Positions 1 through 11,521 of a DNA stretch of 64,000 bases are shown here, piece after piece; the first letter of the stretch is position 1; the number at the start of each line of letters is the position of its first letter. Below the pieces are notes generated by a model, which ran no database searches, was not told the origin of the DNA, and worked only from the letters and a program-made list of their open reading frames with translations. The translations under genes were made by a program, and so were the position numbers. The stretch is from Trichosphaerium sp. ATCC 40318 (lineage: Eukaryota; Protista; Tubulinea): assembly GCA_038496445.1 (NCBI GenBank), contig JALMLS010000455.1, positions 868,001-932,000 on the forward strand, read 5' to 3'.

Positions 1-258
1 AGAAACAAACGTAAACGAATGGAAACAAAAAATAATTTTGTTGCGCCCTTTACAAACTTTAACTTTTCGTATTTTCATCAGCTAAGCTGATAAGACAAAA
101 AAAAACTCCACTTGATATATCCCTAAAGCTCCGTATGGAAAACACGCACTAACGTTTTATGTACAATGATTTTTTTGTAAGAAAAAAACAAGAAAAAAAA
201 AAGGCTTTTCAATATCGTTGTATTCTTTGTTTGTCCTTGTTTTAAACCAAATTTTTAG

Positions 259-671
259 GTGATGATTCTATTGTTGTTGATGACCCAACAGAGGTCCAAC
301 GTATTATCAAGGAAGCTAGAGATAATGGAGGACATTCTAATTTATGCAATACTCTATCAAAGCAATCAATAGCTGTTTTTCAGCCATTCAATACTCTAAC
401 AAAGCAATCTGCTTTCCAACCATTTTGTATAAGTGAACTCGTGTACCATCAGTTTAGCAATAGAGTTGAGATTCCAGGTAAAACCCACTTTCTCACTAAG
501 TATGAAGGAAATCACGTGCCACCTCGTCAAAGTAGTATAAGAGATGAAGATAAGCATATGATGCGGTTTGTTGGTCCAGGGAGTCCTGGATTTGATGAGG
601 ATAATGATTTGATTTATGGTGCTTGTAAACCAGCTTCTTCGATTGATTCAAAGTCTTTCATCTACTGTTAA
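259..671 (+). CDS. Terminal exon of an unknown protein (gene begins upstream of or at the window edge)
   Basis: Acceptor tttttag at ~258 followed by an open frame (DDSIVVDDPTEVQRIIKEARDNGG...SFIYC*) to TAA 669-671; no recognisable domain. Confidence 0.55.
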
Positions 672-1198
672 GGGAGACTGATTTTGTAATTATAATAAAA
701 AATTATTAGTAAGTAAGACTGGTAAGAATCATCAGAACAAAAAACTTTGTACTTCTAATAAAATGTTCCTTGTGGCATTCACGACTCTCCTAGTTTGCAC
801 AACTTCTAACAGAACTCTCAAACTGACACTTTAGGAAAAGAACTGCAAGCAGTTGAGGTTAACCGGCTATCAAACCTAAACGGTTAACCGGTTTGTAAGC
901 GGAAAAGTAAGACCTCTTACTTAGAATTATCAATCACAGTTTGGTTACAAAACGGCGGTTTTGAATGAGGGTAACTCTTAGCGCATCTTTTCAAGAAAAG
1001 GTCAGTTATTTATTTCATTCCTCCACGTGTCCGAATTCTCCATTGTGCTAACATGCGTCTATGACGATGTCTCGTGTCGCAGTACTTTCAAACGTTACAA
1101 AGGCATCAAAATCGTGCTTTTTTCTTTAAAATTATCTGTACATTTATGGACCCACAGTCAAAACAGACTTAAAAAAAATGAAGGTGTCGAGTTAAGTA

Positions 1199-1272
1199 GC
1201 GGTGCTAGGGAATCGAACCCTTACTTCATAGTTTCGCCCAACGAAATGCGCTAACCATAGCAAATACACCAC
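1199..1272 (-). ncRNA. tRNA-like Pol III element (degenerate tRNA-Pro(TGG)-like or tRNA-derived ncRNA)
   Basis: Minus strand GTGGTGT...GCACCGC 7-bp terminal stem, GCTA/TAGC D-like stem, TTTCG/CGAAA hairpin around TTGGG, perfect B box GGTTCGATTCC, downstream T8 run (1171-1178). Confidence 0.5.
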
Positions 1273-1458
1273 ACTAATGGCCTTCGATTGTACAACTCTG
1301 GTGATCTCCATAAATCGTTGAGAACAACAGTTCGAAACAAAATTAGATTTTCTTTGAAAGCTGAAAACACATAAAGAACATAGTTGACTTTTTAATTAAG
1401 TGTTAGAACTGTTATTTCTGTTTGTAAGGTGTACTACTTGTTTGCTATAAAGTCAAAT

Positions 1459-2878
1459 ATGCAAGATACGTATGTCCTAGTATTTTTTATGGTGCACGTA
1501 GTATTTTAACGTTTGTTTTAGAGAACGACACGAAATTGCGTTAATTGACTTACCCGCAGAGATTTTAGTCGTGATATTAACGTTTCTGGACGATTCAAGA
1601 TTCGATGCTGCGCAAACGTGCTGGACGCTCGCAAACGTTATACATTATCACGTAGGATACGAATATATTACTATTAAATCACAGACAGCGTTTGAACTGA
1701 TTTGCGGAAGCCCAGTGAAAAATCTTTACAACACGATGGTTGCCTTCTCAACTGAGTTTGGTCGTACACTTACTGATCAAAGCTTTCAAGCTTTAAAGGG
1801 TGTTAAGAATATAGCCATTGAAGAGAACACTAAAATAACAAATAAGGCATTAGAAGCACTAGCAGGAGTACACACCATAAGGATTTGGGAGTGTCCTGGA
1901 ATATCGGACAATGGAATTAAAGCAATCGCTGGTGTTCACACAGCTGATATCTATGAATGTGATCTTATCTCTGATCAAGGATATGCCTACCTTGCAGGTG
2001 TACATACAGTAGATGTGAGTCACTCAAGTATCACAGATGTTGGCTTAAAGGCGCTGAGCGGAGCTTATTCTATAAATGTGAGGCATTGTTTGCATATAAC
2101 CGATGAAGGTATAAGTCAGCTCAAACATGTTCATGAGCTTAAACTGAAGAGTACAAAAGTGACAGATATTGGGATAGAGGCATTGGCGACAGGAAATGGG
2201 AATGTTTTGCATCAAATAGGTCTTTCAGGTACTTCTATTACAGACATTGGAGTCAAACATCTTGCGGGTATACAAAAGGTTGATTTGTCTGGTTGCAAAC
2301 ATATTACATCAAATGGTGTAAAATACTTGGCAGGTGCAAAGTATATTAACCTTGCTCGTACAAAAGTTACAGATGAAGGTATTAAAGAGTTATCTGGTGT
2401 TTTTGATATTGAATTACAAGATACGAAAGTGAGTGATGAAGGTCTTGTAGCTCTTAAAGGTGTTGAGAAAATAAACCTCAAAAACTGTATGAATATCAGT
2501 GATAAAGGTATAAAAGCTATTTCTGGTAGTGTACGTACAATCAATATATCAGGAACACATGTAACTGATGAAGGTCTTAAAGAACTTTCAGAAGCTATTG
2601 ATGTTTGTTTGAGTAATTGTGTCAAGATTACAGATCAAGGTCTTAAACATCTCACTTCAGTTACAAAACTTAATGCCTCGGATACTAATATTACTGATGT
2701 TGGGTTAATGTCACTTAAGGGTCTGAAGATGCTCACTTTATTGAATTGTGATAGTATTACAGACAATGGGATTAAAGATTTAAAGGCTCTTGTGTACTTT
2801 TATACAAATAACCAAAAAATCACAAAACAATGTACTGATTCATTACCTAATCTCCAGCGCTTTCTCAGAGATGACTGA
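1459..2878 (+). CDS. F-box/LRR (FBXL-like, AMN1-type LRR) protein
   Basis: ATG 1459, intron 1470-1521 restores frame giving MQDTERHEIALIDLPAEILVVILTFLD (F-box), then ~14 LRRs of type ITDxGLxxLxGVxxIxLxxC. Confidence 0.9.
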
Positions 2879-3737
2879 AGTTGATATCCAATACATAATA
2901 TTAGCTAAAAATATAACTTTGTTTATCAATAAATCTATTAATATTTCTCACACAGATGTACTTGTCCTATTTAAGCTTTGCGATAAAGTATTTTGTGAAA
3001 ATGTCAAGTCCAGTACTTCTATGTCATGTCCTGTTGCTTTCACAAATTTCTTGAACTCTGCAGCTGTCATAGAGAGTGTGTAGTAATTAGTCAGAGGATG
3101 AAACAAAAGCTATTGGTCATCAGTTGTAACAAGCTTCTCACTAAAATTAACTAATTTGCAAGCTTGCAGATTTTGTTTCGTTGAAAAGAGTTGGCAAACA
3201 GATCCTTTTCTTACACCTACGCACTTGTCAAATTTGTAAAGAATTATTCCAATAGATATGATTTAGTGAAATATTAAGGCTGTATTGGTATGCTGTAAAT
3301 CAATGAATCAACCTAACTTTTGTTGATGTTGTAGAAACTGCCGAACTTGCTGACTAATGTAAAAATATGATGCAAATTAAAACCAAAAACTCTACTTAAA
3401 ATAGTTTCTATCTCCCCTACTTACTTGAGATTGATGAAAGATTAATGAACGCAATATGAAAGATTGACAATGAAAAAAAGAATAAAATCACGTGCTTTGA
3501 CTTTTTACATCTATTTTGTTTCCAAAATAGTCTGTTTTATTAGCGCCTACCAGCCCCTGCTACGCTCCACCTGAGCACGTTTTCTAGCTTGTTGAGCATT
3601 TTCTATTATTTAGCGGCTCTAGTGAGGCTGACATTGCGTGTGCATTTTATCGCCAATCACGTCCCAGTTAAATCTGTCACTGTCCAGTTTTCACAATTGT
3701 ATGTCATTGACAGCTACTCATTGCTTGTTAGTGACTC

Positions 3738-4103
3738 AATAAGCCTCAAAAAGAGAAGGTTTAGGGATTTTACTTGAAACGGACTTTTGATAGCAGTTCT
3801 GATAGTTATGGATTACAATACAAAAAAGTCCTTGGTTTTATGTACCTGTAATGAGATCACTAATAGAGTGGGTCTTTGAATACATTGATCCAAGTAAGGT
3901 CTAAAACCAAGGACCAAGGATTCTCTCCTAGTCTACAATGCTAAGAAATGGCACGTGTCTGTAACATAGGGCTATACAATAAAGTTTCGTCACTAAAAAC
4001 ACTATGAACTTAGACCAAGCATTCAACAATTTTCTCGTGTACCTCAATAGTTGCCAGTACTTCTAGGGTGTTCCTAATAGCGTTCTTTTGGTCATCATTA
4101 TAC
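3738..4103 (-). pseudogene. Collapsed remnant of a paralog of the Zn2Cys6 transcription factor gene at 12256-14770
   Basis: 3738-3955 aligns with indels to 12415-12633, and 4030-4103 is nearly identical to 13220-13293; the ~580 bp between those blocks in the intact gene is missing here. Confidence 0.75.
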
Positions 4104-4448
4104 AAATGAGCTATTAGAAGGTTTTAATACTCACAGCAACGGCATTGCAACTAGGAAATGGAGTGTTAAAGTTGATGAAGAAAAGGGAAGTATACGAATA
4201 CATCCTGCTTCTGCCAGCCTGGTATTTAAAAAAACTGTAGTGAAAACTCGTAACAATTGAAAAAACTGCTACGCATGTCAGGTTTATTGGAAGCTGGCTT
4301 GAGTAGGAAATGAGTTATAAGTTGAGAAAGGTCCTACCTTTACAATGTAGCTTGGGAAATAGTGCAAAGATATTTTCATCACGTGATTTGCAATAAACGT
4401 CATACTTGTTCTCAAGTGAACAGTTGCTTCTAATTTTCCACGTAGGAC

Positions 4449-4737
4449 TAGAGGTGGTCGTGGTCCGGTCCCAGCAAAGCCTGCTACCAAAATCTGTAAT
4501 CGGCTAACCGTTTAATAATATGAGATTTTGTTGGTGTTGTAACATGCCACCACAGCCTTAACAGCCGACAAATAATTATTTTTGGCGGTTGTCGCAAACA
4601 GACAGCGAAACAGCACAGAAACAGCATGCTTTTTTTAAGTTCTACAAAAAGGATGAGTTTTCCCTTCTTGCCAACTATAACCGGTTCCCAAAAATTTAAA
4701 CGGCTGACTAGCTATAGTCGTTTGGCGACCACCTCTA
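4449..4737. mobile_element. hAT-type MITE, 289 bp
   Basis: 12-bp perfect TIR TAGAGGTGGTCG/CGACCACCTCTA; 8-bp target-site duplication CGTAGGAC (4441-4448) / CGTAAGAC (4738-4745), one mismatch; no ORF. Confidence 0.85.
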
Positions 4738-5474
4738 CGTAAGACTCATTTGATGCCAATCATTTCGCTCATAGTACCTGATGAAAAATACACAATAAAC
4801 TTGTTTCACACGACAAAACCAACAAGTAGTTCAGTATTATAAAACGTTTCCCTACGCGTAAATCAGCCTATTGGGAGTACTCACAGAGGTTAGAAAAAAT
4901 GGCTTGCTTTTTCAAATAGAAAAGAAGCAGTTTTCGGACTTGTTTCAAAAAGATGATTGAAAAATTGGTCATAACCTTATAACCACATCCATTTCCATAC
5001 CTTATACTTTGTATGGCGATTGCCAGCAAGTTGAACTAAATATTTCTTGGTTGTTACAACCGTGCTATAAATGCCCACAATGAAACAAAAAAGATAACCC
5101 GGTCAACCCTTAATTGGCCAAACAACTCAATACGGAACTTGTCGGTGAAAGTAAAGAACCACTCTACTGTGTCGCTACAGGTTAAATATGCAATAACGTA
5201 TACCAAGAATAACAATATAAGGAGCCAAGTACGATAGTACTCTTTTGTTGAGGGAGTTTTCTTTCCTTTTTTTTGGAACTTTCAACACGAATCCAAAAAA
5301 AAAATAAATCAAAGCTACAACGAAGACTTTGCTTTAAAGTTTTACATGGCTATTTGTTGTCTGGTTCGAATCCTGACAAGATAGTCAGTACTAAATGAAG
5401 GGGAGTGGTAGCATAAAAGTCTAGTGAAATTGCAATGAGCTGTGATCTTTGTGTTTGCATAGTAGATTACTCAC

Positions 5475-8400
5475 TTATTTCAATGCTAACACATCTGCAG
5501 GATTGTCTGTGACTGAAACATTCTTGTATTTCTTTTTGAGAAACTTGGCACTCGCTTTGTTACCTAGATTCAAAATATGAGCAATGTTTAACATCAATGC
5601 AATCGATTTTTGTGTGACACACGTACCACAAAACACAAGAATAGGTATTTTACTCCATTTCTTATTTTGCTTAATTATACTTTTCACCAAGTGCTCTGCT
5701 GCATTCTCATCTCCATCACCTTTACGGTACCTGTTTGTTATAATACGTAGCCTGTTGTTACAATATCCTTTAAACTTTTGAAGCCATGCCAATACCTCTG
5801 AGGATGACTTCATTTCTATAACCTTTTGGAGTGTTAGTACCCTTCAACCTTCAACATATTATATTTCTTTGTGCCTCTGTTTTCCTTGGCCGAGCTTTTA
5901 ATAGCTTTACAATATTTTTGTTCTCGTCAGAGACGTTATCATCAACCCATAAGATGAGACACTTTGCATCTCTGTACTTGGTGTTGAACTGTGATAGATT
6001 AATAGTATTTGTGCTTTGATAATAAACAAGGTATCTCGGGAGAATCTTATCAAAAAAGTTAAATAAATAATAATTATGGCAAAAGTACTTGTTTGTTGGA
6101 GAATACAACAATCTCATCAAAGTCTGGCTTTTCGGTTTTTTTACAAGGATGGCAATTGCGAGCACTATTTGTTTTTTTAACAATAGCATAGTGTGAATCG
6201 TATCCATCCTATTTTTACATTGTTAGCCTAATTAATGGGTAATTTCAATGGATTACCTTGCATCCTTTTCCACAGAGACTGTTTGGATCACTAGGGTTTG
6301 GAACTTCGGTAGCTGGATAGGGTTTTCCCATCATCACCCACGATATCAACATACAAGGAGTATCTGTCTTGTCCCACTCAGCAAACACCTTTCCTACAAC
6401 AGCTCTATTAACTTCAATCACATGACTATAGACACATACCATAGTCTGGGTATTGTGTAAAGTAGATACCCTTCCCTTGGAAACACAGTAAGTTAAACAT
6501 GTACATGTTGAAAACAAAAGGTATTTTAAATGTTGGTACCAAAGAATCCTGGATCTTTCTGGTCTTTTAACTTTCCTGGCTCTCTAAAGTTGTGGGTCGC
6601 AATTAAGAAACTGATGTGCTATGTATGCGCATAAGTGGCATACTTAATATGATGATAGTACCTCTTTTGCGCCATGAAACCCAGCAATGAGATTGATTTG
6701 CTCATTACCAGAAACAAGGAGAATATAGTTTTTCAAATGGTTCATTGTCCGTTCTTGTGCTTCTAGTTTATCTTTATCGACTGTATTCAATTTGCTATCG
6801 CTAATATCTAAATGATGGATTAATAAGAATTGCTATAAAATGTTCTATCACTTACCTGAAGATTTAGATTGAAGTACTTTAGCAACAAGCTGTTCATATT
6901 TTTTTTGGAATGCAGCTTCAAGCGTTTGATTGTCAAAGAAAACAATCTTTTCCAGTGTAAAGAACGACTCACTCTCAGTACCCATAAACTTGTAGAACAT
7001 ATTGCGAGCTCTCAAGTACTCGTCACAACGTTCCTGTTTAGATCAGTCAGTAAAGATGATATCAAGTTGGAAAAGGTGTCAGACATACTTTGGTTGTTTC
7101 GTGGCTTGTGAGAGAAGTCCATCTCAAACCTGGATACTTTTTCTTATTCTCTTTCCAATCGCCTTGTTTTAAAAATTGCTCGCCATGAAGACTGCTCCAC
7201 AACCTATTGTGGCTTATTGGCAATACAGGAAAGCCCTTTTTCAAGTGAGAGGCAGTGACAATATCTCCTAGCAGATAGTTGTAAGTATAGTTGACCCTTC
7301 ACATTGTGGTTACCTGTTTGTTCAAACGTATATGGAGGTTTTGAAGCTTCAACAACACGGCCGTTTTGAATACTAACAGGGCATAGCTGTACTTGTTTAC
7401 CTTCCAATGGTGCTAAGTACGAACCAATACATTTCTAAACATATGTGAATGTGTTCAATACTTAACTATGATATTTGCTATCGTACCTTCCATAACCACG
7501 GCACTTTGCCTCTGATGACAATATTTATGGCAATGTTATTGTAGTACAGCACAATTGTGTTACCATAAAAATCATTCAATACAATCAGATTCGAAAATAG
7601 GCGGAACTCTTTGTTTCGGAACTCTAGATATTTTGTTAGTATAGCTAAAACGTTATTTTGGTGCTTACCTCTTAATCTTGTTTGCAAGTTATTAAATACG
7701 TCTATGGAAGTTTCACTGACTTGGTATGCTAAGAACTTTGAAGTGGTTGATAGGTGCTCATATATGTCAGGAAGTGACTAAAGTGTTTAGCAATATTAAC
7801 AACAATAAACAAGAAAACAAAGAAAAAATTGAGAAAAAACAAAGAGAACACGTGTTTCAAACGTACTATTTTTTGGGTATTTGGATTTTTTTTGATTGTT
7901 TCAATCGTCTTGGTCTCAAAGCTATCATCTTTTTTAGGTATGAATGATAGCAACCTCCACTCTGTTGGCAACTTGCTCAAGTAAAACACTTCAGAAAATA
8001 CGGATAATTCCTTGTTTCCTTTTTTAACTAGATTGATACTGGACTCCTTTTCTGTCACAGGCGGAAAGTATAACATATCAGCTTTTGGCAATAACGAAAT
8101 TATGATGTATCCGTCTGAGCCATAAACTTTCTAACAACAGTAAGTAAATAATGTACCAATAACAAAAACATGTTACTAAGTTACCTTTTCTTCTTTTGTC
8201 AAGCAAACACAAAACGACAGTTCAACCAAGAATCTCATTACTTGCTTCACTTGCTTCATTTGCTTGTCTTCATCCTTTGTACGCAGTTCAAATACTTTCG
8301 AGATGCGGTAATGGGCCTCTGCATCTGTGAATACAGCACAGTGATTTCGAGACTCATCATTCAGCAGTCTACTCAAATGTTCTGTAGGAGCAACAAAGAC

Positions 8401-11400
8401 ACTCATAATACGAGATAGAATCGGAGGGTCTAAACACAACATATATGATGACTAGAAGATAATTAAATCAAGTTCAAGCTCATAGAAAACGTTTTAGGCT
8501 AGCAGAAGTACCTCGTCAAACATAATGCTACCAATAGAGTGAAGGTAATTTAACGAAGCAACCAACTCAATTGGAGCCATTTTACAAGTCTTGGGCAATA
8601 GTTTGATGGCTTGTTCACTATTTCATGTTATTCATCAGCGTTTCTGTAAATACAATCAACGTACAATGATATGATGTTACCCTCCAATCTATCTTTGCTC
8701 ACAACTGCTTTCGTCAAGGCTTTTTGTACTTCGTAATAAAGAGTTGGTACTTTTGGGTATTGCGACTTTATGTATTTTGCCTCACGCTTCAATTTCTTCA
8801 CAAGATCGGGAACACCTGTTAAAACGGCATTAGGATACTTGCTTAGTTTAACATAAATCAAGTACCATCAAAGCAAAATGTAAGGTACATTGACGACATC
8901 ATATTGAAGGAGGAAAGCGCTTTTTTAGTAGCTTCTAAGTCTCCTGCATGAACATCCAACTTGGATCCATATACTATCACTGAGTAGAGTTTTGCGTCTT
9001 GGCCACGCAAAAACTTACTAAGGGTATGAACCCAGTGTTTAAGGTGCTTCTTTTGTTCCATAATTGATAGTGATAAGTCAATCTAAAATAAATATTGATA
9101 AGAAAGTGATAGTGATGTGTTGTTAGGATCTTACAACAATGATGTAAACGGCAAATTGTTTAGTGAAAAAATACTTGTGAAGTCCTTTGTATTCCATCTG
9201 TCCAGCAAAGTCTAACACAGAGAACGATAAATCGCCATATCTACATAAGTCAGTATAACATCTAGATATTTTTATCAAACAAACTCACAATAGAGAAGAG
9301 GTATCAAAGCCAATTGTTGAATCAACGCTATCATCTTTTTCACCTGACAACTTTCTTACTAAAGTTGTCTTACCTAATATTTATGTCAATGTATAAGCAC
9401 AAAGTTTTATTGTACCTGATCCTCCGTGACCCACAACCAACAATTTTGCATTAAGTTTCTTTATGTATTCATATTCTGTGTGATCCATACCGGAAGCAAT
9501 AGTTGATGGGTTTTTTTGAGGGGACAACGATCTGTAATATTCAGCTTGAAATTGTTCCTTTGTAATGTCGTTCATCTTTATTGGTATCACACGTGCTCCT
9601 GGAATCTCACGTGCTATAGTTGTAACTATGTTATTAATGTGAGCACATATTGATAAATAAGACATGTTATTGGTACCTTGATGTAATGATATATCAGGGT
9701 CAGGTAAACATAGATCATAAACAAATATCACATCACTCAATAAATTGCGTCTTCTTGTCCATTCAACAAAGTGAATGAAATCGTCTCTTGAAAGGATCTC
9801 AAAAATTAAGGATCTTTGATGTGATATTTGGATAAGGTTATTCAGAGAAATAAACATGGAAGCTACAAACCAGTCATTCAGCTTCTTGAAATACTTCAAT
9901 TCTTCTGAATATACAGCCACATCTTCAATGTCCATGGATGTACTTTTAGTGCAAATTTTTGCCATTTTGAAAAAAGAGAGTTGATTGGGTTCGTCAGAAA
10001 TCTTGGTATCTGCCGGCTTAAGAAACTTATCTGGCCGATAAAACTCTCCTTTTCCTGTTCTCTTGCCATCCACAACATCGCCAATGTATTTGTTACCATT
10101 TGGCCAATAAAACTCTCCTTTCCCTGTTCTCTTATCATCCACAAAGTCGCCAATGTATTTGGTACCATTTGGCCAATAAAATTCTCCCTTTCCTGTTCTC
10201 TTGCCATCCACAAAGTCACCGATGTATTTGTTACCATTTGGCCAATAATACTCTCCTTTTCCTATCATCTTGCCATCCACAAAGTCACCAATGTATTTGG
10301 TATCACCTAGCATATGATACTCTCCTTTTCCTGTTCTCTTGCCATCCACAAAGTCGCCAATGTATTTGTTACCATTTGGCCAATAATACTCTCCTTTTCC
10401 TATCATCTTGTCATCCACAAAGTCACCAATGTATTTGGTACCACCTAGCATATAAAGCTCTCCTTTTCCTGTTCTCTTGCCATCCACAAAGTAACCGATG
10501 TATTTGGTACCATTTGGCCAATAATACTCTCCTTTTCCTGTTCTCTTATCATCCACAAAGCCACCGATGTATGTGGCACCATCTGGCATATAATACTCTC
10601 CCTTTCCTGTTTTTTTGTCATCCACAAAGTCACCGATGTATTTGGTACCATTTGGCCAATAATACTCTCCTTTTCCTGTTCTCTTGTCGTCCACAAAGTC
10701 ACCGATGTATTTGTTACCATTTGGCCAATAAAACTCTCCTTTTCCAGTAAACTTGCCATCCACAAAGTCACCAATGTATTTGGTATCATTTAGCCAATAA
10801 AACTCTCCTTTTCCTGTTCGCTTGCCATTCACAAAGTTGCCAATGTATTTGGTACCATTTGGCCAATAGATCTCTCCTTTTCCTGCCATCTTGTCATCCA
10901 CAAAGTCACCGATGTATTTGTTACCATCTGACCAATAAAACTCTCCTTTTCCTGTTCTCTTATCATCTACAAAGTCGCCAATGTATTTGTTACCATTTGG
11001 CCAATAAAACTCTCCTTTTCCTGCCATCTTGTCATCCACAAAGTCACCGATGTATTTGTTACCATCTGACCAATAAAACCCTCCCTTTCCTGTTCTCTTA
11101 TCATTCACAAAGTCGCCAATGTATTTGTTACCATTTGGCCAATAATACTCTCCTTTTCCTATCATCTTGCCATCCACAAAGTCACCAATGTATGTGGTAC
11201 CACCTAGCATATAAAGCTCTCCTTTTCCGGTTATCTTGCCATCCACAAAGTCACCAATGTATGTGGTACCATTTTCATGGCCTATGTATTGTTGGTAATC
11301 ATCACAAAAAACACTCTCTTACCACTAAAATTGTTATCACCATACCATGTCTGTTCGCCTTTGCCATGTCTGATACCATTTTTTAAAGTCCCTTTGTAAA

Positions 11401-11521
11401 AACAACCTTCATCCAGAATGAATATTTTACCTACATAATGACTATTGATAAACTAACAACTTCAAAAAAAAAGCCGCTTACCAAAAACCAAAAGATCGCC
11501 ACACACGGATTTACTTTCCAT
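5475..11521 (-). CDS. MORN-repeat / Roc GTPase / COR / PARP-like ART / receiver-like protein, copy 1 (multi-exon)
   Basis: Spliced translation: ~19 MORN repeats; KLLVVGHGGSGKTTL (G1), STIG (G2), LDFAGQMEY (G3), GSKLD (G4); COR-like LNYLHSIGSI...LCLDPPILSRIM; GFHG, FGKGIYFT, DEIVVF...ILPRYLVYY (PARP H-Y-E); LILWVDD...IITN...IPILVFCG (REC-like). Stops I checked fall inside GT-AG introns. Confidence 0.88.
10030..11272 (-). repeat. Coding tandem array of 18 near-identical 69-bp MORN units
   Basis: 23-aa unit xxGxKYIGDFVDxKxxGKGExY(W/M) repeated 18 times with very high DNA identity. Confidence 0.95.

Noticed and set aside
2900-3350. Coding-like minus-strand sequence after the first F-box-LRR gene
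   Set aside because: Multiple stops, no recognisable domain or homolog here.
5475-9400. Pseudogene or stop-codon reassignment suggested by fragmented ORFs
   Set aside because: The stops I checked lie in short GT-AG introns at positions shared with copy 2; genes end in TAA, TAG and TGA, consistent with the standard code.
10030-11272. CRISPR-like or DGR-like repeat array
   Set aside because: Units are contiguous coding repeats with no unique spacers; no cas or reverse transcriptase gene and no obvious adenine-specific template/variable pair.
9896-11386. Long alternate-frame and antisense ORFs over the MORN array
   Set aside because: Shadows of a stop-poor tandem repeat; only the MORN frame has domain sense and paralog support.
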